Source: Nitrospirota bacterium
GTDB taxonomy: Bacteria; Nitrospirota; Thermodesulfovibrionia; Thermodesulfovibrionales; SM23-35
DNA: 64,000 bases
Reading direction: 5' to 3'
Assembly (NCBI GenBank): GCA_013388455.1
Contig: JACAFF010000003.1
Coordinates: 13,675-77,674, forward strand
The translations under genes and the position numbers were made by a program. Positions 38,004-47,639 of this stretch are shown here, one piece after another. A model generated the notes under the pieces. The model did no database searches. It saw only the letters and a program-made list of their open reading frames with translations, and was not told the origin of the DNA. The first letter of the stretch is position 1. Each line of letters starts with the position of its first letter.

Positions 38004-39832
38004 ATAATCTCCTTTATTTTTGCAATAATAGCACTCTTTGATATCTCTTCATAATCAAGAAGTTCAGCTGGTTTACCGCTTTTGGGCATCTTCTTTACAG
38101 ATAGTGAATAAATAGGGACTGCAATATTACTTAGGGCAGATTGGACAGCTTCTCCAATACCTCCCTCAGCAAAATGGTCTTCAACAGTAATAATGGCCTT
38201 TGTTTTATTTGCGGCTTCTTTCAATGTTTTATTATCAATAGGCTTAATACTGTAAAGATCAATAATGCGAATATTAATTCCTTTCCGCTGAAGTTCATCA
38301 TAGGCTTGCAATGCTTCAAAAATGGTTATCCCGGCAGCAACAACAGTAACAACGTCTTTATCACTAATCTTTAATATTTTACTTCCACCTATTGAGAATT
38401 CTTCGTCAAAACTATAAAGAATTGGAGTCTCTTTTCTCGTGGTTCTTATATAAACGATACCTTTATGTTTTGCTGCTTCTTCCACTAATTTTTCAGTAGA
38501 AATCGCATCTGACGGATAGACAACAGTACTGTTCAATATTGCCCTGAACATAGCAATATCCTCAAGCCCCATCTGTGAAGGGCCGTCTTCTCCAATGGAA
38601 ACACCTGCATGGGAACCGCAAAATTTAATGTTTGCATTTGAATATTGACTCATCCTGATCTGGTCGAATGTTCTTGTAAAAAAAGCACCGAAGGTTGAGA
38701 TAAAAGGTATCTTTCCCCTTCGTGAAAGACCAAGAGCTGTCCCTACCATATTTTGTTCTGCTATATACATTTCAAAAAAACGTTCCGGGTATGTATCTCT
38801 GAATATCTCTGTATATGTAGAATTGCTTACCTCTGCGTCTAAGACCACCATCTCCGGAAAAGAAGGGAAGATTCTTACAAGAGCGTTTCCATAAGCCTTA
38901 CGTGTAGCAACAGGTTTAGTGGTATCGTATTGTATTTTTTTTACTGGAACTGGATATTTTTTCTCTGGTTTCTGGTCTTCAGGTTTTGGTAAATCAACCC
39001 TTATTGACCTGTCTACTTTTCCCACCTCTTTTAAAGCCTGTAAAAGTTCTTCTTTTCTTGGTGCCCTACCATGCCATCCATGCTTGTCTTCAAGAAAATA
39101 AACGCCCTTCCCTTTTATGGTCTTCGCTATAATCATCACCGGCATACCATTTCTTCTGACAGCCTTCTCATATGCACGGATAATCTGAGAGAACGAATGA
39201 CCATTAATCGTTATTGTTCTCCAACCAAATGAAGAAATCCTTTTTTTATAAGCATTGAGGTTATGTCCATACATTGTCTCTCCCCGCTGACCAAGACGAT
39301 TAACATCAATTATTCCGATAAGATTATCAAGTTTATAATGTGCTGCTATCTGTATTGCTTCCCATTGTGAACCCTCAGACATTTCGCTATCACCGAGTAA
39401 AACGTATGTCATATAAGGAAGTTTATCAATATATTTAGCATTCAAAGCCATACCTACACCAATTGAAAGCCCCTGACCAAGAGAGCCTGTAGCAGCTTCT
39501 GTATATTTGAAAGTAACTGTTGGATGTCCTTCAAGGTTACTATTGAACTTTCTCATAGTCATTAGATCTTGTTCTGACACTGCTCCAGCGACAGTCCAGA
39601 TTGAATAAAATAGTGGGGAAGCATGTCCCTTCGAAAATATTATCCTGTCATTATTTGGATGTTCAGGGTGAGTTATATCAAACTTAAAAAAACCTCCAAA
39701 AAATAGCGCTGTCATGAGCTCAGTTGCTGAAAGAGATGATGTCGGATGCCCCGAGCCTGCTTCAGCAGTAGAAGTAAGTATGTAATAACGGATGAGTTTT
39801 GCTATCTTTCTTAAATTATATATATATGTCAT
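38000..39832 (-). CDS. tkt: Transketolase (single-polypeptide form)
   Basis: GSGHPTSSLSATE, LGDSEMSEGSQWEA (ThDP motif), and pyrimidine-binding and C-terminal domains (IAEQNMVG). Confidence 0.9.
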   Translation of the reverse strand: MTYIYNLRKIAKLIRYYILTSTAEAGSGHPTSSLSATELMTALFFGGFFKFDITHPEHPNNDRIIFSKGHASPLFYSIWTVAGAVSEQDLMTMRKFNSNLEGHPTVTFKYTEAATGSLGQGLSIGVGMALNAKYIDKLPYMTYVLLGDSEMSEGSQWEAIQIAAHYKLDNLIGIIDVNRLGQRGETMYGHNLNAYKKRISSFGWRTITINGHSFSQIIRAYEKAVRRNGMPVMIIAKTIKGKGVYFLEDKHGWHGRAPRKEELLQALKEVGKVDRSIRVDLPKPEDQKPEKKYPVPVKKIQYDTTKPVATRKAYGNALVRIFPSFPEMVVLDAEVSNSTYTEIFRDTYPERFFEMYIAEQNMVGTALGLSRRGKIPFISTFGAFFTRTFDQIRMSQYSNANIKFCGSHAGVSIGEDGPSQMGLEDIAMFRAILNSTVVYPSDAISTEKLVEEAAKHKGIVYIRTTRKETPILYSFDEEFSIGGSKILKISDKDVVTVVAAGITIFEALQAYDELQRKGINIRIIDLYSIKPIDNKTLKEAANKTKAIITVEDHFAEGGIGEAVQSALSNIAVPIYSLSVKKMPKSGKPAELLDYEEISKSAIIAKIKEII

Positions 39833-39856
39833 ATAATCATCTCAATTCAATCAAAA

Positions 39857-40309
39857 TCACCAATATTCAGGAAATCCTTGTGTCTTTATTATGAGCCACT
39901 TTGTTCTCTCTTTTTCAAGTGAAAAAACAAGATGAGCAGGGTTCGGTAAATCACCCAGAACATATCCTGTCTCGGTTCCAATAGTCGCTATTATTCTTAC
40001 GTCCATTTCGGCTGTGGCTTTTCCATCATTAACTTCTATAGTAGTATTTTCATATTCTATCTTTATATCTTTCATCCTTTGAAATGATGACCTGATATTT
40101 TCTTTTATTAATAAATATGTTAAACCATATTCATCAAGATAATTGTAAGAAATTTTTGACATAACATCGTCGATGTGCTCTTTTTCTATTGCTTCAGATC
40201 CTTCTTTAAAAAGTTTCTTTATTCTTTTCTCATCAGAGGGCCAGAGTAAATAAAGAATTAGCGGAATGATGATTATAAAAAATAATAGTGCTATGTTTTT
40301 TTTACTCAA
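39857..40309 (-). CDS. Membrane-anchored hypothetical protein (NTF2-like fold suspected)
   Basis: N-terminal TM/signal anchor IALLFFIIIIPLILYLLW. No catalytic motif recognised. Confidence 0.5.
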   Translation of the reverse strand: MSKKNIALLFFIIIIPLILYLLWPSDEKRIKKLFKEGSEAIEKEHIDDVMSKISYNYLDEYGLTYLLIKENIRSSFQRMKDIKIEYENTTIEVNDGKATAEMDVRIIATIGTETGYVLGDLPNPAHLVFSLEKERTKWLIIKTQGFPEYW

Positions 40310-40324
40310 GATTTGATCCTTGTA

Positions 40325-41707
40325 TTATCCTTCTGTAACATTGATTATAGCTTCATGTATAACTTTCAGCAATTGGTTTAGATTCTCTTTACTTATACTC
40401 AATGGCGGCATGATTACAACAACATTCCCAAGAGGTCGGATGAAAACTCCTTTTTCTCTTGCAAAGTATGCTACACGCCAACCCATCTTTTCTTTCCAAT
40501 CATATGGCTCTTTTGTCTTTTTATTCCTTACTAATTCAATTCCTGCCATCATACCAATATTACGGACATCTCCGACATGTTTCAGATTTAATATATTTTT
40601 GAGCCATGACTTAAGAATCTTAATTTTACCCTTAAGATTTTCCATTACTTTTTCTTTTTCAAATATATTCAGACATGCAAGTGCTGCAAAGCATGCAAGA
40701 GGATTCCCTGTGTATGAATGACCATGAAAAAATGTTTTCAGGTCTTTAAAATCACCCAAAAATGCATTATAGATTTCATCCGAACAAATTGTTACAGCAA
40801 GAGGCATGTAGCCACCTGTTATCCCTTTAGAAAGACACATAATATCAGGCACTACGCCTTCATGTTCACAAGCAAACATCCTTCCTGTGCGTCCGAATCC
40901 TGTAGCAACTTCATCAGCAATCATAAGTATTTTGTATTCATTGCATAATTCTCTAACACCTTTAAGATAACCAGGCGGAGACGTTATCATTCCACCTGCT
41001 GCCTGAATCAAAGGCTCGATAATTATTGCAGCTATCTTTTTTGAATTAGATTTTAATATATCTTTCATATTATTAAGACATTCATACTTACATCTTGGAT
41101 ATTTTTTACCGAACTCACATCTATAGCAATAAGGAGAAGAAGCTTTATATGTTTTGTAAAGAAGAGGTTTGAATGTTTTATGAAATATATCAATTCCGCC
41201 AACACTCACAGCACCAATTGTATCTCCATGATATGCATTTTTGAGAGAAACAAACGTATTTTTTCCTCTAACACCTTTATGCTTCCAATACTGAAATGCC
41301 ATTTTGATTGCAACTTCGACTGCTGTCGAGCCATTATCAGAATAAAAAACTTTTGATAGGGATGATTTATTATGGATAAACGATGCCTTTACAATGCGAA
41401 TCAATTTTTCAGCAAGTTTTATTGCAGGGACATTACTCAATCCAAGTAAAGTGCTGTGTGATATCTTATCAACCTGCGCTTTTATCGCTTCGTCTAATTC
41501 TTTTTTACGATGTCCGTGAACATTCACCCACAATGAAGAGACGCCATCAATATACCATTTACCGTAAATATCTTTTATAAAACAATCTTTTCCTTCAGAG
41601 ATAATTATAATATCTTCCTTAAGCCAATCTTTCATTTGAGTGAAAGGATGCCATATGTATTTTTTATCAGCATCCACGAGTTTTTTATTTTCTTCAATAA
41701 TGCTCAT
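40325..41707 (-). CDS. bioA: Adenosylmethionine-8-amino-7-oxononanoate aminotransferase
   Basis: IWHPFTQMK, class-III aminotransferase motifs [11 protein letters not shown] and PLP-lysine LSKGITGGY. Confidence 0.88.
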   Translation of the reverse strand: MSIIEENKKLVDADKKYIWHPFTQMKDWLKEDIIIISEGKDCFIKDIYGKWYIDGVSSLWVNVHGHRKKELDEAIKAQVDKISHSTLLGLSNVPAIKLAEKLIRIVKASFIHNKSSLSKVFYSDNGSTAVEVAIKMAFQYWKHKGVRGKNTFVSLKNAYHGDTIGAVSVGGIDIFHKTFKPLLYKTYKASSPYCYRCEFGKKYPRCKYECLNNMKDILKSNSKKIAAIIIEPLIQAAGGMITSPPGYLKGVRELCNEYKILMIADEVATGFGRTGRMFACEHEGVVPDIMCLSKGITGGYMPLAVTICSDEIYNAFLGDFKDLKTFFHGHSYTGNPLACFAALACLNIFEKEKVMENLKGKIKILKSWLKNILNLKHVGDVRNIGMMAGIELVRNKKTKEPYDWKEKMGWRVAYFAREKGVFIRPLGNVVVIMPPLSISKENLNQLLKVIHEAIINVTEG

Positions 41708-41759
41708 ATTTATTCTTGAAACCTCTGTTAAAATTTATATTATATTAATCAGAAAATTA

Positions 41760-42617
41760 TCATTTATTTAATTTTAGCGTAAATATCCTTTCAATTCCCA
41801 AATAATCCTTAATTAAAGTGATATTTGTAAAACCTGCAATTTCTGCTATTTTCCTTATTGATTCTGCCTGACTCATGCCTATCTCCAATATAATATATCC
41901 GTTTTTTTTCAGATAATCCTTTGCATCGGGTATTATGATCCTATAATAATCAAGACCGTTATTACCTCCATCTAATGCATTTAAAGGTTCCCAGTCTTTA
42001 ATATCTGGCTGTAAATTGCTCAAGTCACTTTTTTTGATATAAGGAGGGTTTGATACGATTAAATCAAATTTAAAATCTTTTCCAATAGACTCATATAAAT
42101 TGCTTTCGAAGAACGTTACATTCTGAATATTGTTTATTTTTGCGTTTTTTAATGCATATTTAATAGACTCTGAAGAATTATCTATACCATAAACTTTTAT
42201 CTCAGGTATTACACTCGCAATTGCAAGAGCAATACATCCGCTTCCAGTGCATAGGTCAAGAACCTTGATATTTGAATTTTGAGATCTGAAATCTAAAATC
42301 CTTTTTACTGCTTCCTCTACTAATAATTCTGTCTCAGGTCTTGGAATAAGAACTCCTGGTCCTACTTCTATCTTCAAACCGTAAAATTCAGTATAACCGA
42401 GTATATATTGCAAAGGTTCTCTCTTAGACCTTCTCTTCAATATAGCTTCAATTTCATTATCAATGCTCTCTGGAATATCTGGATTGTCTTTATACAAAAC
42501 TATCCTGTTTATATTAAGGCAGTGTGTTACTATTAATTCTGCCTCCCTGTAAGCATCTTTAATATCAAATTCTGCAAGATAATCTGATGCTCTTTTTATT
42601 TTGTCAAGGGCATACAT
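41760..42617 (-). CDS. prmC: Release-factor glutamine N5-methyltransferase PrmC/HemK
   Basis: REPLQYILG, DLCTGSGCIA (SAM motif), SNPPY. Confidence 0.9.
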   Translation of the reverse strand: MYALDKIKRASDYLAEFDIKDAYREAELIVTHCLNINRIVLYKDNPDIPESIDNEIEAILKRRSKREPLQYILGYTEFYGLKIEVGPGVLIPRPETELLVEEAVKRILDFRSQNSNIKVLDLCTGSGCIALAIASVIPEIKVYGIDNSSESIKYALKNAKINNIQNVTFFESNLYESIGKDFKFDLIVSNPPYIKKSDLSNLQPDIKDWEPLNALDGGNNGLDYYRIIIPDAKDYLKKNGYIILEIGMSQAESIRKIAEIAGFTNITLIKDYLGIERIFTLKLNK

Positions 42618-42637
42618 AAAAATATTTAAACAAATTA

Positions 42638-43516
42638 TTACGAAGCTGTTACAATCATTATGAATCCTATAAACATAAGCAACGCTCCTGTAATCCTTTC
42701 CTTTAGATTTCTTTCTCGGAACAAAAAATAACCGTAGAGGACACCCATCAATAGACTCGTCCGTTTAACCGATATCATATAAGCCACATTTGTAAGGCTC
42801 ATGGCAATCATATGTGATACTATCATTACTGAATAAAAAATACCTGGAAACAGAAGTTTTTTATATTTTTTCTCTGACATAAATATTTTCAGCTCATGCC
42901 TTCCACAGAATAATGATATTGGTGTAAAAAAAATAGTCAATACCAGAAAATATGTTATACCAAAAAACAATGGTGATGAATGTTCTATCGCCATCTTACC
43001 AAGAGATGATGTTATGCTATAAATAAAGGCAACAAATATCATTAGAACTGATCCCTTCTCTTTTTTTATAGCAAAAAATGGTTCCAATATACCTTTTCGC
43101 ATTAAATTTAGGTTCAATGTATAGCTTCCTGCAGCAAGCAAAAAAATACCAAAACCACCTTGAATAGATACTTTTTCACCAAGTATTACATAAGAGATAA
43201 TTATCAAAAACATAGGTGTGAGAGAAAGAAAAGGAAGCGTCATACCCAACGGAGAGAGACGAAGAGCTTTGATATAAAAAATAATAGCTATTATTTCGAG
43301 AGGCAATGAAAAACAAAATGCCTGATAAAATTCTGTATCAAGTTCCGGTTTTGGTATAAATAGCCATAATAGTAGAAGTATGGGTATCGAAAAAACAAGT
43401 CTGAACCATGCAACAAGATATTCGTTATGTTCATGAAGAGCTTTCTTTGTAAGTGCATCACTTGTCGCGAGCGATAATGCTGAAATCAGTGATAAAATAA
43501 CCCAATTGTATAGCAT
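42638..43516 (-). CDS. EamA/DMT-family transporter (10 TM)
   Basis: Two-fold repeated hydrophobic EamA-like halves. Confidence 0.75.
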   Translation of the reverse strand: MLYNWVILSLISALSLATSDALTKKALHEHNEYLVAWFRLVFSIPILLLLWLFIPKPELDTEFYQAFCFSLPLEIIAIIFYIKALRLSPLGMTLPFLSLTPMFLIIISYVILGEKVSIQGGFGIFLLAAGSYTLNLNLMRKGILEPFFAIKKEKGSVLMIFVAFIYSITSSLGKMAIEHSSPLFFGITYFLVLTIFFTPISLFCGRHELKIFMSEKKYKKLLFPGIFYSVMIVSHMIAMSLTNVAYMISVKRTSLLMGVLYGYFLFRERNLKERITGALLMFIGFIMIVTAS

Positions 43517-43555
43517 TTATAATAATACTATAAAAAATCACCAACGATAAAAATC

Positions 43556-43640
43556 GTCATCTCGAGTTTAAACAATGCAATCTCATCTCTTAATTCCCCC
43601 TTCGCTAAGGGGGGACTAAGGGGGGTGTATTCGAATATCG
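43556..43640. repeat. Degenerate GTCAT...GCAATCTC repeat unit followed by a C5/G6 hairpin and tandem CTAAGGGGGG motifs
   Basis: GTCATCTCGAGTTTAAACAATGCAATCTC (43556-43584). Then TCCCCCTTCGCTAAGGGGGGACTAAGGGGGGTG, where CCCCC pairs with GGGGG and CTAAGGGGGG occurs twice. Confidence 0.6.
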
Positions 43641-43742
43641 GTGAAATAAATCCGCTAAAATTTATGAATTAAGTGGGTTAGTATTTAAATAACTTTTTGC
43701 AACAATGTGATAGAATAAATTCAATAAAAGAAAGGCTCTGTT

Positions 43743-44051
43743 ATGAAATACTTATTGATTATAAGTTTAATAATTGTAATCCTTTTTTCTATTACTGCAT
43801 GCAAAGAAAAACCAAGAACACCTCTGGATGATTATGGTGATGCTTTATTAGATTCTTACAAAAGAGGACAGGATACAGAGGAAATAGCAAATCTGGATGC
43901 AGTGAAAAAGGCGGTAATGGTATATTATGCATCAAACGGTAAATATCCCCAGAGCTTAGAGGAAATAAAAGACCTTTTAAGCTCAGATATTGACCTTTCC
44001 CGTTATTCTTATAATTCTGAAAATGGTAAGGTTACTCTAAAAAATAGATAA
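43743..44051 (+). CDS. Small lipoprotein, unknown function
   Basis: Lipobox SITAC. YYASNGKYPQSLEEI resembles the GspG/pseudopilin-like Y..G.YP motif. Confidence 0.55.
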   Translation: MKYLLIISLIIVILFSITACKEKPRTPLDDYGDALLDSYKRGQDTEEIANLDAVKKAVMVYYASNGKYPQSLEEIKDLLSSDIDLSRYSYNSENGKVTLKNR

Positions 44052-44161
44052 ACTTTACTTTGCAACTAAGTTTCAAGACCGGAATCATATTAGAAATATC
44101 AAATCCTTTACTTTCTTTTAAAAATATATTAAAATGATTAACTTCATAAGGAGGTGATGTT

Positions 44162-44398
44162 TTGGTTAAAATCAGACTTACACGATTAGGTGCTCATAAA
44201 AGACCTTTCTACAGAATAGTAGTAGCTGATTCACGCACAAGAAGAGATGGACCTTTTATTGAAATTCTCGGCACCTATGATCCATTAAAAGAACCGTCTG
44301 AGGTAAAACTTAATTTTGAAAAAACAAAGCTATGGTTACAGAAAGGAGCACAACCTACTGTTATCGTTAAAAAGCTTATGCAAAGGGCTGGCTTGTAA
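44162..44398 (+). CDS. rpsP: 30S ribosomal protein S16
   Basis: (TTG)[29 protein letters not shown]; SD AAGGAGGTG. Confidence 0.95.
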   Translation: MVKIRLTRLGAHKRPFYRIVVADSRTRRDGPFIEILGTYDPLKEPSEVKLNFEKTKLWLQKGAQPTVIVKKLMQRAGL

Positions 44399-44427
44399 AC
44401 AGTCCAAAACTCGCATGGAGGTGGAAT

Positions 44428-44661
44428 ATGATGAAAGAATTAGTAGAAAAGATGGCGAAGGCTCTGGTAGACAGACCAGAAGAAGTAAATGTAACAGAAG
44501 TTGATGGAGAAAAAACCACCGTATTTGAGTTAAGGGTGGCTCCGAGTGATCTGGGCAAGGTTATAGGCAAACAAGGAAAAACCGCTCGCGCTATGAGGAC
44601 GATATTGAGTGCATCAGGTACAAAAATTGGTAAGCGCTGCGTACTTGAAATACTCGAATAA
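44428..44661 (+). CDS. KH-domain RNA-binding protein (YlqC/UPF0109)
   Basis: [20 protein letters not shown] is a KH GxxG-type motif. Canonical position after rpsP. Confidence 0.9.
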   Translation: MMKELVEKMAKALVDRPEEVNVTEVDGEKTTVFELRVAPSDLGKVIGKQGKTARAMRTILSASGTKIGKRCVLEILE

Positions 44662-44684
44662 TTAATATTAAGAATGTGCTCCTT

Positions 44685-44718
44685 CAGGGATAAATAATTT
44701 TTCTGATTTTTATCCCTG
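44685..44718 (+). other. 10-bp perfect hairpin in the KH-trmD spacer
   Basis: CAGGGATAAA (44685-44694), 14-nt loop, TTTATCCCTG (44709-44718). Confidence 0.6.
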
Positions 44719-44739
44719 TATAGAATCTTACAGGATGAA

Positions 44740-44786
44740 AAGGGGTAGAAGGAAAATAACAGAGCCTTTTACCCCTTAATTTTTTT
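44740..44786 (+). terminator. Terminator-like hairpin with T-tract between the KH-protein gene and trmD
   Basis: AAGGGGTA (44740-44747), 22-nt loop, TACCCCTT (44770-44777), followed by AATTTTTTT. The long loop weakens the call. Confidence 0.4.
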
Positions 44787-44834
44787 AAAATAATTATTAA
44801 ATTTCGAATCCTAAAGTTTTCGTGAATCGTATAA

Positions 44835-45572
44835 ATGAAATGCGATATAATTACAATATTCCCTGAAATATTCAATGCATATTTCAATGAGGGAATTATC
44901 AAAAGGGCTTTACAGAGAAAAATTATAGAAATCAATGTGCATAATCTTAGAGACTTTGCAACAGATAAACACAAGACTGTTGACGATTATCCATACGGTG
45001 GTGGGTCAGGAATGGTTATGAAACCAGAACCTTTCTTTGCTGCTGTTGAAGCTATATGTCCGGAACAGAGTGAACGTAGGGTCATAATGCTCAATCCTGC
45101 AGGAGATAAGTTCAGTCAGGATATGGCTTCTGCATTATCCCAAGAAAGTAAAAGACTTATATTTCTCTGCGGAAGATATGAGGCTATTGACGAAAGGGTA
45201 AAAATATCTCTTGCAGATTATGAAATCTCCATAGGAGATTATATACTGACTGGAGGAGAATTACCTGCTTTGGTTATAATAGATGCTATTACAAGATTGA
45301 TTCCCAATGTCCTTGGGGATGAACATTCTGCTGAGGAAGAATCTTTTTCATGGGGGATACTCGATTATCCTCATTATACAAGACCGCAGATGTTCAGAAA
45401 TATGGCTGTACCGGACGTCCTCTTGTCAGGCAATCATAAAGATATTAAGAGATGGAGGCGTAAGGAGGCTCTACGCAGGACAATAGAAAGAAGACCTGAT
45501 CTTCTAAAAAAAATAAGACTTAATAAAGAAGACCAAGAATTATTAAGGGAAATAAAGGAGGAATTACTATGA
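44835..45572 (+). CDS. trmD: tRNA (guanine37-N1)-methyltransferase
   Basis: [13 protein letters not shown]...[15 protein letters not shown]...[10 protein letters not shown]...[14 protein letters not shown]. Confidence 0.95.
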   Translation: MKCDIITIFPEIFNAYFNEGIIKRALQRKIIEINVHNLRDFATDKHKTVDDYPYGGGSGMVMKPEPFFAAVEAICPEQSERRVIMLNPAGDKFSQDMASALSQESKRLIFLCGRYEAIDERVKISLADYEISIGDYILTGGELPALVIIDAITRLIPNVLGDEHSAEEESFSWGILDYPHYTRPQMFRNMAVPDVLLSGNHKDIKRWRRKEALRRTIERRPDLLKKIRLNKEDQELLREIKEELL

Positions 45573-45952
45573 ACCTGCTAAACGCTGTTGAAGAAGGATT
45601 CAAAAAAGATATTCCAAAATTTAATGTGGGAGATACTGTCAGGATTTATGTGAAAGTTATTGAAGGTGATAAAGAAAGAATACAGCCTTTTGATGGCGTT
45701 GTTATTGCCAGACGAGGAAGCAATACACGCGAAACATTCACTGTTCGAAAGATATCTTTTGGTATTGGCATCGAACGAATCTTTCCTCTATTTTCTCCAT
45801 CTATAGATAAGATCGAAGTTTTGAAAAAAGGTGATGTAAGAAGAGCAAAACTTTATTATCTAAGAGAAAAGAAAGGAAAATCTGCAAAGATAAAGGAAAA
45901 AGATAGGGTTTTTGAAGCAACCACTACCGAAAGTCAAACATTAGAAAGTTAA
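45569..45952 (+). CDS. rplS: 50S ribosomal protein L19
   Basis: [33 protein letters not shown]...[21 protein letters not shown]. Confidence 0.95.
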   Translation: MNLLNAVEEGFKKDIPKFNVGDTVRIYVKVIEGDKERIQPFDGVVIARRGSNTRETFTVRKISFGIGIERIFPLFSPSIDKIEVLKKGDVRRAKLYYLREKKGKSAKIKEKDRVFEATTTESQTLES

Positions 45953-45996
45953 ACTAATTTAATCACAAAAAACTGGCTCAAATGGATTAAGCTTTA

Positions 45997-46608
45997 ATGG
46001 ACTTTTACCAGTATGATGAAACCCTTAGAAAAAAGGGATTTAAGATAATCGCAGGCATTGATGAAGCTGGTAGAGGTCCACTTGCAGGTCCTGTAGTTGC
46101 TGCATCAGTTATTCTTAAAGAAGGCATAAAAATAGATGGATTGAGAGATTCAAAAAAAGTCTCTCCTAAAGATAGAGAAATTCTTTACAGTAAAATTAAG
46201 AAGACTTCTTTAGATATTGGAATAGGAATCGTTGATAATGAAGACATAGATAGGCTGAATATTTTAAAAGCTACAAGGTTAGCAATGCAACTTGCTGTTA
46301 ATAATCTCTCAATACTACCCGACCTGCTTATAATCGATGCCCTTTCTTTACCACTAATCAAAATAAAACAGATTTCACCTATAAAAGGAGAGTCTGTTAG
46401 CGCTTCTGTTGCTGCTGCTTCAATTTTAGCAAAGGTTGTTAGAGACAGGATTATGCTTGATTATCATAAACAATATCCATGCTATAATTTTGAAAAACAT
46501 AAAGGTTATTCTACAAAAGAACACCTTGAAATGATCCGACTCTATGGCCCCTGCCCTATCCATAGAAAAAGCTTTTGCAGGGTGATGACTCTCGATCTGC
46601 CGTTTTAA
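45997..46608 (+). CDS. rnhB: Ribonuclease HII
   Basis: IAGIDEAGRGPLAGPVVAA...DSKK...ASILAKV.RD...GYS motifs. Confidence 0.93.
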   Translation: MDFYQYDETLRKKGFKIIAGIDEAGRGPLAGPVVAASVILKEGIKIDGLRDSKKVSPKDREILYSKIKKTSLDIGIGIVDNEDIDRLNILKATRLAMQLAVNNLSILPDLLIIDALSLPLIKIKQISPIKGESVSASVAAASILAKVVRDRIMLDYHKQYPCYNFEKHKGYSTKEHLEMIRLYGPCPIHRKSFCRVMTLDLPF

Positions 46609-46697
46609 GTCATCTTATCAAATAAGTCTTTACAGTTTAGAAAACCAATAAATAACAATGTATCCAGCGATAAGCATTTTACTACCTTGCTATATTT

Positions 46698-46803
46698 GTC
46701 ATTGCAAGCCCCGAAAGCATTCGGGGCATGGCAATCTTTTCTCGAACGACAAGATTCCTCTCACGAATCCCAAACGTTTTCGGAACTGTGCGTGGCAATC
46801 TGA
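46698..46803. repeat. REP/MITE-like repeat units (best-preserved family member)
   Basis: GTCATTGCAAGCCCCGAAAGCATTCGGGGCATGGCAATCT (46698-46737), then ...CTCGAACGAC, and a second partial unit AGATTCC...CGTGGCAATCTGAC (46751-46803). Internal hairpin GCCCCGAAAGCATTCGGGGC. Confidence 0.8.
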
Positions 46804-46851
46804 CTCCAGAACATGTATAATAATCAAGCCTGACCCCCGCTGTCTTTGACG

Positions 46852-47238
46852 TTATTGCATACCAGTATGTCTTCTGAGAAAATATTTCCAGTCATGATAT
46901 TTTGATAAAACTTTCGATTCAAATAGAATTCTTTTTTCAGTATTTTTATCAACAAGAAGCAATCCGTTTTTTATTATCTGAAATAGAAAAACAGGTGAAT
47001 CAAGATTGTTCAAAGATATAATTTGGACCTCTTTGCCTATCTCTCCTGATATTTCAGATTCAAGATAAAAGATAGTCCATTGAGGAAGTTTTTGCGGATA
47101 TTTTTTAAAATAAATTGCAATATCCCAATCGCTTTTTTCATCTGCGGTACTTTTTGCCTGTGACCCAAATAAGTAGGCAAATTCAATGAACTTATTTCCT
47201 TTTAGTATCCTTTTTACGCTTTTTATTTTACCAATCAT
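46852..47238 (-). CDS. Nucleotidyltransferase-domain protein (MNT-type antitoxin candidate)
   Basis: LFGSQAKSTADEKSDWDIAIY matches the GS-x(n)-D-x-D minimal nucleotidyltransferase motif. 4-nt ATGA overlap with the HEPN gene. Confidence 0.8.
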   Translation of the reverse strand: MIGKIKSVKRILKGNKFIEFAYLFGSQAKSTADEKSDWDIAIYFKKYPQKLPQWTIFYLESEISGEIGKEVQIISLNNLDSPVFLFQIIKNGLLLVDKNTEKRILFESKVLSKYHDWKYFLRRHTGMQ

Positions 47239-47639
47239 AGTTTATCAATAAAACTAATAAATCTTTTAGTATCATTTAATCCTGATTTTAAAAATCTTAT
47301 CAATTCATTACTTGTATCTATCTGGTAATCGTGAGCAAGAAAATTTCTTAATCCAGCAATATAAACGAATTTTCTCGCAAAGCTTTTTGGAATAATTTTA
47401 TAATCACCAAGTTTATATATGGAATCGCTATAGGTAGATGGTTTTGGAAGTCCTCTCATTGAAATAACAAGATCTGCAATATCAAGGGTTATCTCTGTGC
47501 AAAGATAAACTGAACGTTCTGTTATCTTTTTTGTCTCAACAGATATTTTAAGATTTTTTAGAAATTTTGTTCTGTTTGTCTCTAAATATAATACTTCCTC
47601 TTTAAGTCTTTCAAGTTTCCTGAAAAGAACCTCATTCAT
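47235..47639 (-). CDS. HEPN/DUF86-domain protein (HepT-type toxin candidate)
   Basis: GLRNFLAHDY contains the R-x4-H HEPN RNase motif at the usual C-proximal position. Confidence 0.8.
   Translation of the reverse strand: MNEVLFRKLERLKEEVLYLETNRTKFLKNLKISVETKKITERSVYLCTEITLDIADLVISMRGLPKPSTYSDSIYKLGDYKIIPKSFARKFVYIAGLRNFLAHDYQIDTSNELIRFLKSGLNDTKRFISFIDKL

Noticed and set aside
43621-43640. tRNA-like TTCGAAT strings (here and at 44803-44810).
   Set aside because: No acceptor, D or anticodon stems can be drawn around them, and the flanks are AT-rich or repeat sequence. I could not support any tRNA in the window.
44684-44974. A 96-aa minus-strand ORF spanning the KH-trmD spacer and the trmD 5' end.
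   Set aside because: It is antisense to the well-supported trmD start, has hydrophobic low-complexity sequence and no SD, and the region is better explained by hairpins.
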